Part shown: positions 18,809-28,500 of the stretch, piece by piece | Position numbering within the stretch: position 1 is the stretch's first letter | Layout: every line of letters begins with the position of its first letter | From: Candidatus Kaiserbacteria bacterium | Lineage (GTDB): Bacteria; Patescibacteriota; Minisyncoccia; Phycocordibacterales; Phycocordibacteraceae | DNA length: 64,000 nt | NCBI GenBank assembly: GCA_016182485.1 | Contig: JACPGH010000003.1 | Location: forward strand, 70,331-134,330 | Reading direction: 5' to 3' | The notes under the pieces: generated by a model | Seen by the model: only the letters and a program-made list of their open reading frames with translations | Told to the model about the DNA's origin: nothing | The model's database searches: none | Made by a program: the position numbers and the translations under genes

Positions 18809-19225
18809 TCAGATCTTGTGCGGGCCGCCGAACGGCTGCGGCTGGTAATGCATCCCGAGCAACGGCAGAAGCACTTGCCGCCACTGGTCGATCGTGCCGT
18901 TCACGCCGTTGATCTCGAGCTTGTCCGTCGGCCGTCCGGTCGGGTCCGCGTCGGGTCGGATCTCGAGCTTCGCGATGCAGCAGCCGCATCTGATGGTGAT
19001 GCGCGGCGCGACGATACGACGCTGGCCTGTACGACGCGCCTTACGCCGCGTTACGCGCAACGCGGGTGCGTCGCTCAGGTGGTGGTCTTGGATCTTCTCG
19101 ACCCGCGGCTGCTTCTGACGCGCGGCCTTCTCATTGATCTCGTGTGCCCACTCAGACGCCCGGCGCACGATCTCTTCTCGAGACGGCTCCGGCAGCGGTC
19201 CCATTACAAACGGGTTGCAGGGCAT
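18809..19225 (-). CDS. hypothetical protein
   Basis: Protein-like ORF antisense to a spurious Arg-rich plus-strand ORF; no motif recognised. Confidence 0.25.
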   Translation of the reverse strand: MPCNPFVMGPLPEPSREEIVRRASEWAHEINEKAARQKQPRVEKIQDHHLSDAPALRVTRRKARRTGQRRIVAPRITIRCGCCIAKLEIRPDADPTGRPTDKLEINGVNGTIDQWRQVLLPLLGMHYQPQPFGGPHKI

Positions 19226-19334
19226 ATTGTGGCCTTTTTTCAACTTGAAACCTCCTTTCAGGATGACTTCTGGCCGCAACATACTACAGTATGTGGCTGG
19301 CGGCAACGTCCTGACAGCTTGCTATACTTTACCT

Positions 19335-20402
19335 ATGCAGAGCGAACGGCTCCGGCCCTACTTCTTTCTCTCCCTACTTATCGGAGCGATTGCCTTGACC
19401 GCTCTCATATTCAGGCCGTTTCTCGAGCCTTTAGCGCTCGCGGCGGTTTTTGCCGTCGTTTTGCGGGAGCCCTGCAAAAGAATTTCCAAGCTGCTCGGCG
19501 ATTGGCCGAGCGTTGCCGCGCTCATTACGGTAGTAGCGAGCGTCCTCGTCATCCTTCTGCCGCTCGCGCTCATCGGCGCGCTCGTTGCCAACGAGGCGCG
19601 CGATCTGTTCGTCTCGCTTGAGTCGCAGAGCGGGAGAAACGCCATCGCCGAGTTCTTTCTCCGGCTGAATGCGACTTATGGCGATCTCGTGCCAGGATTC
19701 GAGGACTTCTCTCGCACTGTGTCCGCGAATATCGATACGTACGCGAGAACGGCGCTCGAGTGGCTCGTGGAGCATGCGGGAGCGATATTCTCGGGAATTT
19801 CCGGATTCCTCCTTTCGCTCTTTATCTTCTTTATCGCGCTGTACTATCTTCTTAGAGACGGAACGCGGGTGCGCGAAGCTCTCGTCAAACTTTCGCCGCT
19901 CACGGACAGCGAGGACGAAGCGATCCTCGAGCATCTCTCTCGCGCGGTCAATTCGGTCGTCAAAGGCAGTTTGATGATAGCGCTTATTCAGGGCGCGCTC
20001 GCCGGGGTCGGTTTCGCTCTTTTCGGCGTGCCGCACGCCGCGCTTTGGGGGACAGTGACGGCGGTCGCCGCGCTTGTTCCCGGCATAGGGACCGCTCTCG
20101 TCTTCTTGCCCGCCGTCGCCTTCCTTTTCATTACCGGTTCGACCATTCCTGCGGTCGGACTGCTTGTCTGGGGGACGTTCGCAGTCGGACTTATTGATAA
20201 CCTGCTCGGCCCGAGGCTCATCGGGCGAGGGATGCGGCTGCACCCGCTCCTCATCCTGCTCGCGGTCCTGGGCGGCATACTTTTCTTCGGCCCGGTCGGC
20301 GTCTTGCTCGGCCCTCTGTCGCTCAGCCTTCTTTTCGCTCTTCTCACTATCTATGCCGGCGATTCGAAGGAGGATTCCGGATCCGTTTCGAATAGCGGTT
20401 GA
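19335..20402 (+). CDS. AI-2E family (PerM/UPF0118) transporter
   Basis: Multi-TM protein with conserved C-terminal block GTVTAVAALVPGIGTALVFLPAV; start chosen at Met preceding first TM. Confidence 0.6.
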   Translation: MQSERLRPYFFLSLLIGAIALTALIFRPFLEPLALAAVFAVVLREPCKRISKLLGDWPSVAALITVVASVLVILLPLALIGALVANEARDLFVSLESQSGRNAIAEFFLRLNATYGDLVPGFEDFSRTVSANIDTYARTALEWLVEHAGAIFSGISGFLLSLFIFFIALYYLLRDGTRVREALVKLSPLTDSEDEAILEHLSRAVNSVVKGSLMIALIQGALAGVGFALFGVPHAALWGTVTAVAALVPGIGTALVFLPAVAFLFITGSTIPAVGLLVWGTFAVGLIDNLLGPRLIGRGMRLHPLLILLAVLGGILFFGPVGVLLGPLSLSLLFALLTIYAGDSKEDSGSVSNSG

Positions 20403-20461
20403 TTGCGCGCTTGTCGGCTGTTTCAAGCGATATACTGAAGTAATAACAGCGCTATTATTAT

Positions 20462-20683
20462 ATGGACAAAAAATCACTGCTCATCCTAGCCGCCGCGCTC
20501 GTGCTAGTGCTGGTCGTCGCGGGCGCCTGGTATTTCTTCAGAACGCCGGAGACGCCGCCAGAGACGGCGGCGACACCGCCAGTTCAGTATGGAACGGAAA
20601 ACCCGCTTGAGAAGGCGCCGGACGTGAGCCCGACCGCCAAGACGAATCCTTTTACCAAAGTGAAGACTAATCCGTTCGAATAA
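20462..20683 (+). CDS. small secreted/membrane-anchored Pro-rich protein
   Basis: N-terminal TM/signal followed by Pro/Thr-rich tail. Confidence 0.4.
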   Translation: MDKKSLLILAAALVLVLVVAGAWYFFRTPETPPETAATPPVQYGTENPLEKAPDVSPTAKTNPFTKVKTNPFE

Positions 20684-20692
20684 TCCTCCGCC

Positions 20693-22342
20693 ATGACTAC
20701 CAAATATCTGAATACCGCGCTGGTTCTCGGCGCTTTCGTGTTCGCGCTTTCCGGGCTTGCCGCAAGAGCGCAGGTCAACGAAGCTGCCATTCAGTTTCCC
20801 GTCGCGGAGCTCGGCGGTTGCGGCAGCAAGGAGGAATGCAAGACCTATTGCGACGAGCCGGCGAACATGGAAGCCTGCATCGCGTTCGCCGAGAAGAATA
20901 ATCTGATGCCGCAAGAGGAGGTCCAGATGGCCAAAAAATTCATCGCCGCGGGCGCGAAGGGGCCGGGCGGCTGTACGGGCAAGGATTCCTGCGAATCGTA
21001 TTGCAACGATACGAGCCACATCGACGCCTGCATCTCTTTTGCAGAAGAAGCGGGCATGATGGCTCCGGACGAGCTCGCCGAGGCGAAGAAGGTGCAGGCC
21101 GCGATCAGGAACGGAGTCACGCCGCCGCCCTGCGGCGGGAAGAAAGCCTGCGATTCGTACTGCAGGGAGCCTCAGAACATGCCGGTGTGCATCACATTCG
21201 CCAAACAGGCGGGGCTCATGAGCGAGGAAGAGGCCGCGAACGCGGATAAAATGCTTGTGGCGATAAAGAACGGGGCGAAGCCGCCCGCCTGCGGCGGCAA
21301 AGAAGAGTGCGACGCGTACTGCTCTCAAGAAGAAAACTTCAATGAGTGCGTGGAGTTCGGCAGAGCGGCGGGCTTCATGTCTGAAAAAGATTACGAGATG
21401 GCCAAGAAAACGGGCGGGAAGGGACCGGGCGGCTGTCGCAGAGAAGAATGCGAGACTTTTTGTGAGAATCCGGAAAATCAAGAAATCTGCTTCAGCTTCG
21501 CCAAAGAGCACGGGCTCATATCAGAGGAAGATATGAAGAGAATGGAAGAGGGAGACAAAGGATTTCGCGAGAGCATTTCTAACGCGCCGCCCGAGGTAGC
21601 CGCGTGTCTTAAAGAAAAGCTCGGAGAAGAAAAGGCATCGCAGATCATGAGCGGCTCGGTGCGGCCGTCGCAGGAGATCGGCGAAACGATGAAAGCCTGC
21701 TTCGAACAAGTCATGAGCCAGCGACCGCAAGGCGAGCAGGGGATGCAAAGAGGCCCCGAGGGGCAGATGCCGCCGCAAGGATCCGGCGAAGACAGACCAA
21801 TGCCGCCCGAAGGTTATCAGGGACAAATGCCTCCGGAGGGATACCGAGGCCAAATGCCGCCCGAGGGGTATCAGAGACCTCCGGAAGGCACAATGCCCCC
21901 CGAAGGGTATCGGCCGCCGGAAGGAATGACTGGGCCGATGCCGTACGATGGCCAGCGTCCGCCGGAAGGCTATCAAGGCCAAATGCCGCCAGAGGGATAC
22001 CAAGGTCAAATGCCGCCAGAGGGCTACCAGATGCCTCCGCAAGAGGGTACGATGCCTCCGCCGACAACTGAATCCAGCTCGTCTGGCGGCGGCGAATCAA
22101 GTGGCGCGACAGCTCCCGCGCTTCCGGCCTCCGAGGCCGGAACCCCGACCGATAGCGGAGGGGCCGCACCTGCGCCGGCACTTCCGGCCTCCGAGGCCGG
22201 AACCCCGACCGATAGCGGAGGGGCTGCTCCGGCCCCCGCCCCGACCGATAGCGGAGGGGCCGCCCCAGAAACAAGCCTCCTCTCGCCGAGCTCTCTCATG
22301 GCCGCGGCCATCAACTTCTTCCGCCCCCTTTTCGTGAGATAA
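20693..22342 (+). CDS. secreted protein with six 4-Cys repeat modules and low-complexity PPEGYQGQM and APALPASEAGTPTDSGGAAP tail
   Basis: Signal peptide; six repeats of C-x4-C-x3-C-x(7-8)-C-I-x-F-(A/G)-x3-G-(L/M/F)-M each about 58 aa; degenerate Pro/Gly/Gln repeats. Confidence 0.6.
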   Translation: MTTKYLNTALVLGAFVFALSGLAARAQVNEAAIQFPVAELGGCGSKEECKTYCDEPANMEACIAFAEKNNLMPQEEVQMAKKFIAAGAKGPGGCTGKDSCESYCNDTSHIDACISFAEEAGMMAPDELAEAKKVQAAIRNGVTPPPCGGKKACDSYCREPQNMPVCITFAKQAGLMSEEEAANADKMLVAIKNGAKPPACGGKEECDAYCSQEENFNECVEFGRAAGFMSEKDYEMAKKTGGKGPGGCRREECETFCENPENQEICFSFAKEHGLISEEDMKRMEEGDKGFRESISNAPPEVAACLKEKLGEEKASQIMSGSVRPSQEIGETMKACFEQVMSQRPQGEQGMQRGPEGQMPPQGSGEDRPMPPEGYQGQMPPEGYRGQMPPEGYQRPPEGTMPPEGYRPPEGMTGPMPYDGQRPPEGYQGQMPPEGYQGQMPPEGYQMPPQEGTMPPPTTESSSSGGGESSGATAPALPASEAGTPTDSGGAAPAPALPASEAGTPTDSGGAAPAPAPTDSGGAAPETSLLSPSSLMAAAINFFRPLFVR

Positions 22343-22395
22343 ATCGAGCGCTCCGGCATTGAATTAACGCGCCCGATGGCGTATTCTCTGCCTAT

Positions 22396-22466
22396 TGCCG
22401 GCTCGTCTAAAGGTAGGACACATTCCTCTGGAGAATGTTATTGGGGTTCGAATCCCTGGCCGGCAG
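22396..22466 (+). tRNA. tRNA-Gln (anticodon CUG)
   Basis: U1:A72 pair and G73 discriminator (Gln hallmarks), D-stem GTCT/GGAC, anticodon loop CTCTGGA, T-loop TTCGAAT. Confidence 0.7.
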
Positions 22467-22678
22467 CAAGGAGCGAAGCGACGCAGTCCTGAGGAGTCTT
22501 CGACGAAGGGCATAGTGAGCGAAGCGACGCAGTCCTGAGGAGTCTTCGACGAAGGGCATAGTGAGCGAAGCGGACGAAGGGCATAGTGAGCGAAGCGACG
22601 CAGTCCTGAGGAGTCTTCGACGAAGGGCATAGTGAGCGAAGCGACGCAGTCCTGAGGAGTCTTCGACGAAGGGCGAGT
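22467..22678. repeat. 46-bp tandem repeat, about 4.5 copies, abutting tRNA-Gln 3' end
   Basis: Unit GAGCGAAGCGACGCAGTCCTGAGGAGTCTTCGACGAAGGGCATAGT repeated head-to-tail, one copy with internal deletion. Confidence 0.85.
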
Positions 22679-22715
22679 CTGAGCGTAGGTTAGAATAACC
22701 GAAGCCAAAGGGCGT

Positions 22716-22958
22716 ATGTATTTTGTCTATATCCTTGAATGCAAGAATGGTTCGTTGTACACGGGAATAACTACCGATGTCGCGAGGCGTTTTAAAGAGC
22801 ATTCCTCGGGCAGCGGCGGGCACTACACTAAATCACAGGAAGTCTCGCAGATAATCTACACCGAACAGCATCCGGATCGATCTTCAGCTTTAAAACGCGA
22901 AGCACAAATCAAGGGCTGGCGCCGCGAAAAGAAGCTGGCTCTGATAAAATCTAGCTAA
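22716..22958 (+). CDS. GIY-YIG nuclease-domain protein (YhbQ-like)
   Basis: N-terminus MYFVYILECKNGSLYTGITTDVARRFKEH matches GIY-YIG. Confidence 0.7.
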   Translation: MYFVYILECKNGSLYTGITTDVARRFKEHSSGSGGHYTKSQEVSQIIYTEQHPDRSSALKREAQIKGWRREKKLALIKSS

Positions 22959-22964
22959 AAAGCC

Positions 22965-23282
22965 ATGAACGATATACAGGAATTGACGAAGAAATGCAGG
23001 CAGGTAATGGACAAATATCAGATAGATTTTCCCGATGTAAAAATTGATCGAGATTACTTGCCATTCAAAATAGCAGAGGAGTTTGGAGAGCTGACGCAAA
23101 CGTATCTAATGCTCACCGATCGCGGACGGCAGAAGGGCAAGTCCAAAGAACAAATACAAGAAATGATGCGGGATGAATTCGCGGACATGTTCGCATATCT
23201 TCTGCTTTTTGCGGAGGATGAAGGAATCGATCCGGCAGAAGCGCTGGAAAAGAAGTGGTTTAAATATATCGAGAAAGCGTGA
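22965..23282 (+). CDS. MazG-like nucleotide pyrophosphohydrolase (small form)
   Basis: EEFGELTQ...DEFADMFAYL pattern of MazG/HisE all-alpha NTP-PPase. Confidence 0.55.
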   Translation: MNDIQELTKKCRQVMDKYQIDFPDVKIDRDYLPFKIAEEFGELTQTYLMLTDRGRQKGKSKEQIQEMMRDEFADMFAYLLLFAEDEGIDPAEALEKKWFKYIEKA

Positions 23283-23336
23283 TTCATATGAATGAAGTTA
23301 TCGTAGTGAACGAAAAAGACGAGGTCACAATAAACT

Positions 23337-23951
23337 ATGGAAAATATACTAATTAGGACAGAAACCCCACGAGAATACCGGGAAACGGAAAACGTGGTGC
23401 GGGAGGCCTTCTGGGATGTATACAAGCCCGGCTGTGATGAGCATTTGATCATTCATAAGCTCAGGCAATCTCCCGATTTTATTGCGGAGCTGGACTTTGT
23501 CGCTTGCGACGGAGACGACATTGTAGGAGTGGCGATCTGTCCGAAGGCGAAGATAATAAGCGACCAGGGTCAGGAATTCACTGTCTTGTCCATGCTCGTC
23601 GGCGTACTGCCATCCCATCAGAAGAAGGGAATCGGCTCAATGCTTATTAACCGGGTCATAGAAGCGGCGCGGTCTCTGGGACACAAGGGAATCGTCATAT
23701 TCGGCGACCCGAAGTACTATCCGCGGTTCGGATTCAGGAACGCGATGGACTACGGCATACAGACCTCCGACGGGCAAAACCTCGATCCGTTCATGGCTTT
23801 GGAGCTTGGAGAAAACAGTTTGGACGGCATCCGGGGCAGATTCCACGAGGCTCCAGCCTTCCAGCCGATACGCGATAGCGCCGAGCTCGCGGCGTTCGAC
23901 ATGCAGTTTCCGCCTAAAGAAAAGCACGTTACCGATACGCAATTGAAATAG
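23337..23951 (+). CDS. GNAT-family N-acetyltransferase (YhbS-like)
   Basis: Acetyl-CoA binding segment QKKGIGSMLINRVIEAARSLG. Confidence 0.6.
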   Translation: MENILIRTETPREYRETENVVREAFWDVYKPGCDEHLIIHKLRQSPDFIAELDFVACDGDDIVGVAICPKAKIISDQGQEFTVLSMLVGVLPSHQKKGIGSMLINRVIEAARSLGHKGIVIFGDPKYYPRFGFRNAMDYGIQTSDGQNLDPFMALELGENSLDGIRGRFHEAPAFQPIRDSAELAAFDMQFPPKEKHVTDTQLK

Positions 23952-23960
23952 TCAACTAGG

Positions 23961-24359
23961 TCAACAATACAGCGAATAATCCGGGTAGTTATCCCGGACT
24001 TCGCCTTTCCACCAATCGGTCTCCCGTGAACCGCTCACATCTCCTTTGCCGTAGACGAGCAGGACACGCACGAGTTTCTTGTCCTTATGGACCGCGATGA
24101 TGCACCGATTGCCGGAGCCGTGCCGGGATTCTTTCGTGCCGGCGACGCGGAACTCGGTCTTGCAAATCAAAATATTTTTTCTGTCCACGATCGTCTCGAC
24201 GTAGTTATTGATGCCGATAAGCGTTTCGATGCGTTTCAGCTCCTCCTCTACAGCGCGCCAGGTAATGTCCCACGCTCCTTTATATTTCTTACGGAAAGAG
24301 GAGATGAAATGGCGCTCGGCATATTTGGACACCTCGACGCCATAAGGGTCAGTAGACAT
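23961..24359 (-). CDS. putative toxin, RelE/ParE-superfamily-like
   Basis: C-terminal NRCIIAVHKDKKLVRVLLVYGKGD resembles the RelE/ParE YRLIYRV...VYILRVGHRKDVY core; downstream of and overlapping the HTH-Panacea gene. Confidence 0.35.
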   Translation of the reverse strand: MSTDPYGVEVSKYAERHFISSFRKKYKGAWDITWRAVEEELKRIETLIGINNYVETIVDRKNILICKTEFRVAGTKESRHGSGNRCIIAVHKDKKLVRVLLVYGKGDVSGSRETDWWKGEVRDNYPDYSLYC

Positions 24360-25116
24360 ACTCCGGATCTTGCTGGGTGATGAGCTCGTAGGGAATCACC
24401 TCGTCCGGAGCGCACAGTTTGTAAGGCAGCTGCTCGTGCGTGAAGTTCACGATTTCCTGCGTTCTCTTGCGCTTCCACTTCGTGCCGATTTTTTGGATAA
24501 GCTCCTTTTCGCCAGGTTCAAGCAGGCCCAATTTTTCTTGCTCTGCGCCTTCGCTTATCTGCACGAGAATCGCATCGCCTTTGTGATCGAGCGTTATTTT
24601 GCCGTCTTCTTCCAGTTCAGCAACGGCGCGAAAGTACGGATCGGGTACCGGCCCGTATGCGCGGCGAAGATACTGCATGCCGCTCATACTTTCCAAATTT
24701 TCGTAATACCACGCGAAGTCAGCGAGGTAGAGCAGTTTCGCGAGCTTCGTTTTCGGAATTTTCCCGTCGTCCGCCGAAGATTTCGCGGTACGCAGGAATG
24801 CAAGCACCATCTGCTTATACTTTTCGTAATTCGGAATAATCGCATTCGAAAACTCCTCAATTGAAATGCCAAGCAAAGAGCAGAGTCTTTTCGCTTCCGG
24901 CAGGGTCATGTCACGGGCGCCTCTCTCCACCGCCATATACGACTGGCGGGAAAGTCCGATTTTTTCGGCCGCTTCCGACTGCGACAGGCCGCGCTCAAGG
25001 CGCAGCGCCTTGATTAACGACCCGTATTTGGTGCTCATATCTCTATTGTGCATAAACTGTGTATAAAATGCAAACAGGATATGTTGATAATATAGACATA
25101 CGCATGATATAATCAT
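24349..25116 (-). CDS. XRE-HTH + Panacea (DUF4065) domain antitoxin-like protein
   Basis: N-terminal HTH_3 (LRLERGLSQSEAAEKIGLSRQSYMAVERG); C-terminal KLAKLLYLADF...YGPV matches the DUF4065/GepA signature. Confidence 0.65.
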   Translation of the reverse strand: MIISCVCLYYQHILFAFYTQFMHNRDMSTKYGSLIKALRLERGLSQSEAAEKIGLSRQSYMAVERGARDMTLPEAKRLCSLLGISIEEFSNAIIPNYEKYKQMVLAFLRTAKSSADDGKIPKTKLAKLLYLADFAWYYENLESMSGMQYLRRAYGPVPDPYFRAVAELEEDGKITLDHKGDAILVQISEGAEQEKLGLLEPGEKELIQKIGTKWKRKRTQEIVNFTHEQLPYKLCAPDEVIPYELITQQDPEYVY

Positions 25117-25278
25117 GAAACAGATTTAAGAAATAGGTAATAGCACGAGGCCGTAGGGCCGTTCAATAAATGTGAAGAAAGTGTTAAAGTGATGCTTTTC
25201 TCCACCCTTATTTTTCGCGGGGGATTCTTTTTGAAATGGAATGGGCGGAAAACGGGGCTCGGTCGGGCTATGTGCATT

Positions 25279-25315
25279 ATATTACACGATTGTAATATGT
25301 TGCAAGTTGCAATAT
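25279..25315. promoter_or_regulatory. clustered short palindromes in divergent promoter region (candidate operator)
   Basis: ATTACA-cga-TTGTAAT followed by TTGCAA-g-TTGCAA, 13 bp upstream of the XRE start. Confidence 0.3.
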
Positions 25316-25327
25316 ACTGCATAGCAT

Positions 25328-25531
25328 ATGGCGTCAGGAAAAAAATTAGGAGAAAATCTAAGAAAGCTCCGGCTGCGAAGGAAAATGTCGCAAGGAGACC
25401 TTGCGGCCGCCTTGAATGTGGATAGAGCATATATAAGCAATATTGAAAACGGTCGAATGAACCCCACGCTTTCAACCTTGGAAAAAATAGCTGGGGCCTT
25501 AGGAATTTCTAGTAGTGAATTGCTAAAATGA
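25328..25531 (+). CDS. small XRE-family HTH regulator (controller C-protein-like)
   Basis: 67 aa HTH_3; stop codon 1 nt before the start of the 1603-aa gene. Confidence 0.6.
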   Translation: MASGKKLGENLRKLRLRRKMSQGDLAAALNVDRAYISNIENGRMNPTLSTLEKIAGALGISSSELLK

Positions 25532-25532
25532 C

Positions 25533-28500
25533 ATGGCAAGATATCGCACACGATTTGACGCAAAAGCGTATTGGGCAACCAAACCTTGGTGCACAGTCTG
25601 CAAGAAGCACAAAGTTAAAGATGGTGCGGTGTGCTCTGAGTGTAAAAAAGAAGCTATGAAGCAACAACGCGAAATTAATAGAAATAAAGAATCAATCGCG
25701 GACATTCCAGCTGCAGTGGAAGTTCAGGTTTCAGAACCACGAAAAAAGCGCATTTCTAATCTTTCTGCTGAGGCGCAGAATAAAGTCATTCGACTCTTTA
25801 CATACTTGGAAAAAGCTCTCGCCATCGATGATTCCATCGTTCGAGATTTTCGTACTACTTCAGCAGCACCCTCACCATGGTGGCTCGCTGATTATCCAAC
25901 GGATCTTGAGAACCTGACCATCCGGCCTTTTGATACTGAAAAAACTCCTGAAGGAGTACAAGCAACTTCGTGGCTCAAGGTAGAAAAGAAAAACATCAAA
26001 GCTGCACCTGAATTGCCGGACCAACTTAAAGAATGGATTGATGACGTAAATCCACTGCAGGAACCGACTGTTAAAGAAAAGATTGATCGCAAAGTCCTAT
26101 TTACAGATTACAAGGATCGGGAGAAAGAATTCAGAAATTTCCGAAAAGATTATAGGCAAGGAGATGGTGTGCCTGAGAGCTTGAAAGATTGGGTGACGAT
26201 TTTGCCAAATAAGTTACCCGAAATTATCAGTGTGAGATATGAGCCCGATTATTGGGTAGGCCACACAGAACTTACAGAGTTACTTGATGGATACACCAAA
26301 AACGATTGGAAGCCATGGGCAGAGCAGGTGAAGAAAGTTTATAAAGCAAATCTTCTCTACGATCAGCTATACGCCCTCCGTCTTCTTTTGAAAAACGAGG
26401 GAGATAACTATGAATTACTCTTAGGCCAAGGCATCTTGACTTGGCAGCATCAGGGAGTGGGTACAATCTACACCCCAATTTTTCTTAGTCCTCTTACACT
26501 CGATTTTGACGCTTCAAAAAGAACGATTAAGATCAACCCCGACCCCATGTTCAGGAATTTCGTAGAGACATCAGCACTTTACGAGACAGACAATCCAGCT
26601 GAAATGGATCTCGTCACATGGGGAGACACAATCAACGCCAACCCTTTTGATTTTTGGCATCTTGAGACACTCAAAGGTCAGGCACGAACACTCATTAACT
26701 ATGTCTCTCCGTATGGCGAAGATAAGTTCACCGATCAAATTATCTCAGCTCCTACCGCGTCACAGAATCCGAGTATCTGGAATGCACCAGTGATATTTGC
26801 TCGAAAGCGAACAAACGATATGTGGTCAAAGTATGCGGCCACTATTCGCAAAGACATCGAACAGTACGGGATTGAAGCGACTGAGTTCATCACTGATCTT
26901 GTCGGCGAATATGACGAGGTTTCCGTTAAGCTTAACGGCGGATCTGGAGAGAAAATGGAAAGTGACAGCATATCTATCCCAGAATCAGAGCTCCATTTTC
27001 CATTGCCTTGGAATGATGAGCAGAAAAGGATCGCAGAAAGGCTAGATGCAAACTATGGTGTCGTAGTAAAGGGGCCGCCGGGAACTGGAAAAAGTCATAC
27101 CATCGCAAACTTAATTGCCCGCTTCTTAGCAGAAGGCAAGAGCGTTTTAGTCACATCTCAAACAAGTAAGGCTTTGGAGGTATTGCGTGACAAGCTACCC
27201 GAAAACATCAGAAGTCTTGCCGTATCTCAGTTACAACAATCTGCGAAGCGAGACGACATACTCCAACAGTCAATTGGTGAAATTAGTTCTAATCTTGGCG
27301 AACGTGACACTAAATTTAGTGAAGCTCGAGCGGAAAATATTCGTAGAGAACTAAAGAGAGTAAGAGAAGAAAAAGCTGCTCTCGCGGCAAAGATACGACA
27401 GTACATCCTAACCGATTCATCGGAAAAGTTGATTATTGAGGGAGAAGAGATTAAACCTATCGATGCTGCAAAGTTTGTCGATAAGAACAAAAACCATAAG
27501 GCAATCGCCTGGTTTACTGATAAGGTCCCATTCGACGCCGATCCTAAATTTACTGAGGAAGATTTGCAGGAGCTATATGATATCGCTCGAGCTGTAGAGG
27601 CCGTAGATCGTACTCTCTATAAGGAAGACTTACCTGATCCATCGATCCTTCCAAATGAGGACGTGGTACTTAGCGCCTTTGCCTCGTATCGCGATTTCAG
27701 CGCGAAATCAAAATATTCAACAAATGGAGCGTTCAGCGAAGCGAAGATTGATCAAGAAAAACTTGGTCAACTGTGGGAACTTCTACATAAAGCCAAAAAG
27801 GTGTTGATGTCGATCAATAAAAATTACGAACAGGAAATATTTAACGCGTGTGCAATTAGTCAGAATGAGCGTGAGAAGTGGTCGTCTATCCTCTCAAAAA
27901 TCTCAGAGAAAATTCGGATCACTGCTAAAGGAAAAAACAGCACGATTGGTCACGTCATCTCTGGTCAGTCAAACCTTTCCATACATGATCTGCGGGAGGC
28001 GGCAGAAGCTTTGTATGCAAAAACATCAAAGGGCCAGCTGGGAACGTTCAGTAGAATGCTCCTATCTGGAAACGCAAAACGAATCCTTGAGACCTATAAA
28101 GTTGATGGGGTTGAACCTGATAACCCAGAGAGGGCAGAAATTCTGCGAAATTCTATACTTGTTGAAGAAGCAGAACGTGATATTAAGATTCTTCTCGAAC
28201 AGGGCCTTTCAACTATCAAGAACCAGCCTGAAATCGATGTCGATCATCTCGATATGATTCAGCTCGAAGTATTTGTTTCAGGTCTTCAGAGATTGGTAAA
28301 TTACCACGCCGACTTTTCAGCTATTGATTCTTGCTTTAATGAAGTGAAGGAACTTTCCGACTTCTCATTCACGAAGAAAGAAGAGATTGAAACTGCTATT
28401 GAACTAACTGCATCACATGCGGCTTCTTTCGAGCTCAAGAACCTAGAGAAGTCATTCACTGAATGGGAAGACTCAATCCGATCATCTGTGAATTTCCGTA

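Noticed and set aside
18818-21511. Long ORFs 18818-19621 (+), 19431-20477 (-) and 20504-21511 (-)
   Set aside because: They are Arg-rich or low-complexity antisense/off-frame products overlapping the AI-2E transporter and the Cys-repeat protein genes. No motifs were found.
22467-22678. Possible CRISPR array next to tRNA-Gln
   Set aside because: The 46-bp units are contiguous and near-identical with no unique spacers between them, and no cas genes are nearby. It is a plain tandem repeat.
22364-22823. Two minus-strand ORFs (114 and 138 aa) covering the tRNA-Gln/tandem-repeat region
   Set aside because: Their translations are just the repeat unit read in frame (SSKTPQDCVASLTMPFVEDSSGLRRFA repeated), and they overlap a tRNA. 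They are spurious.
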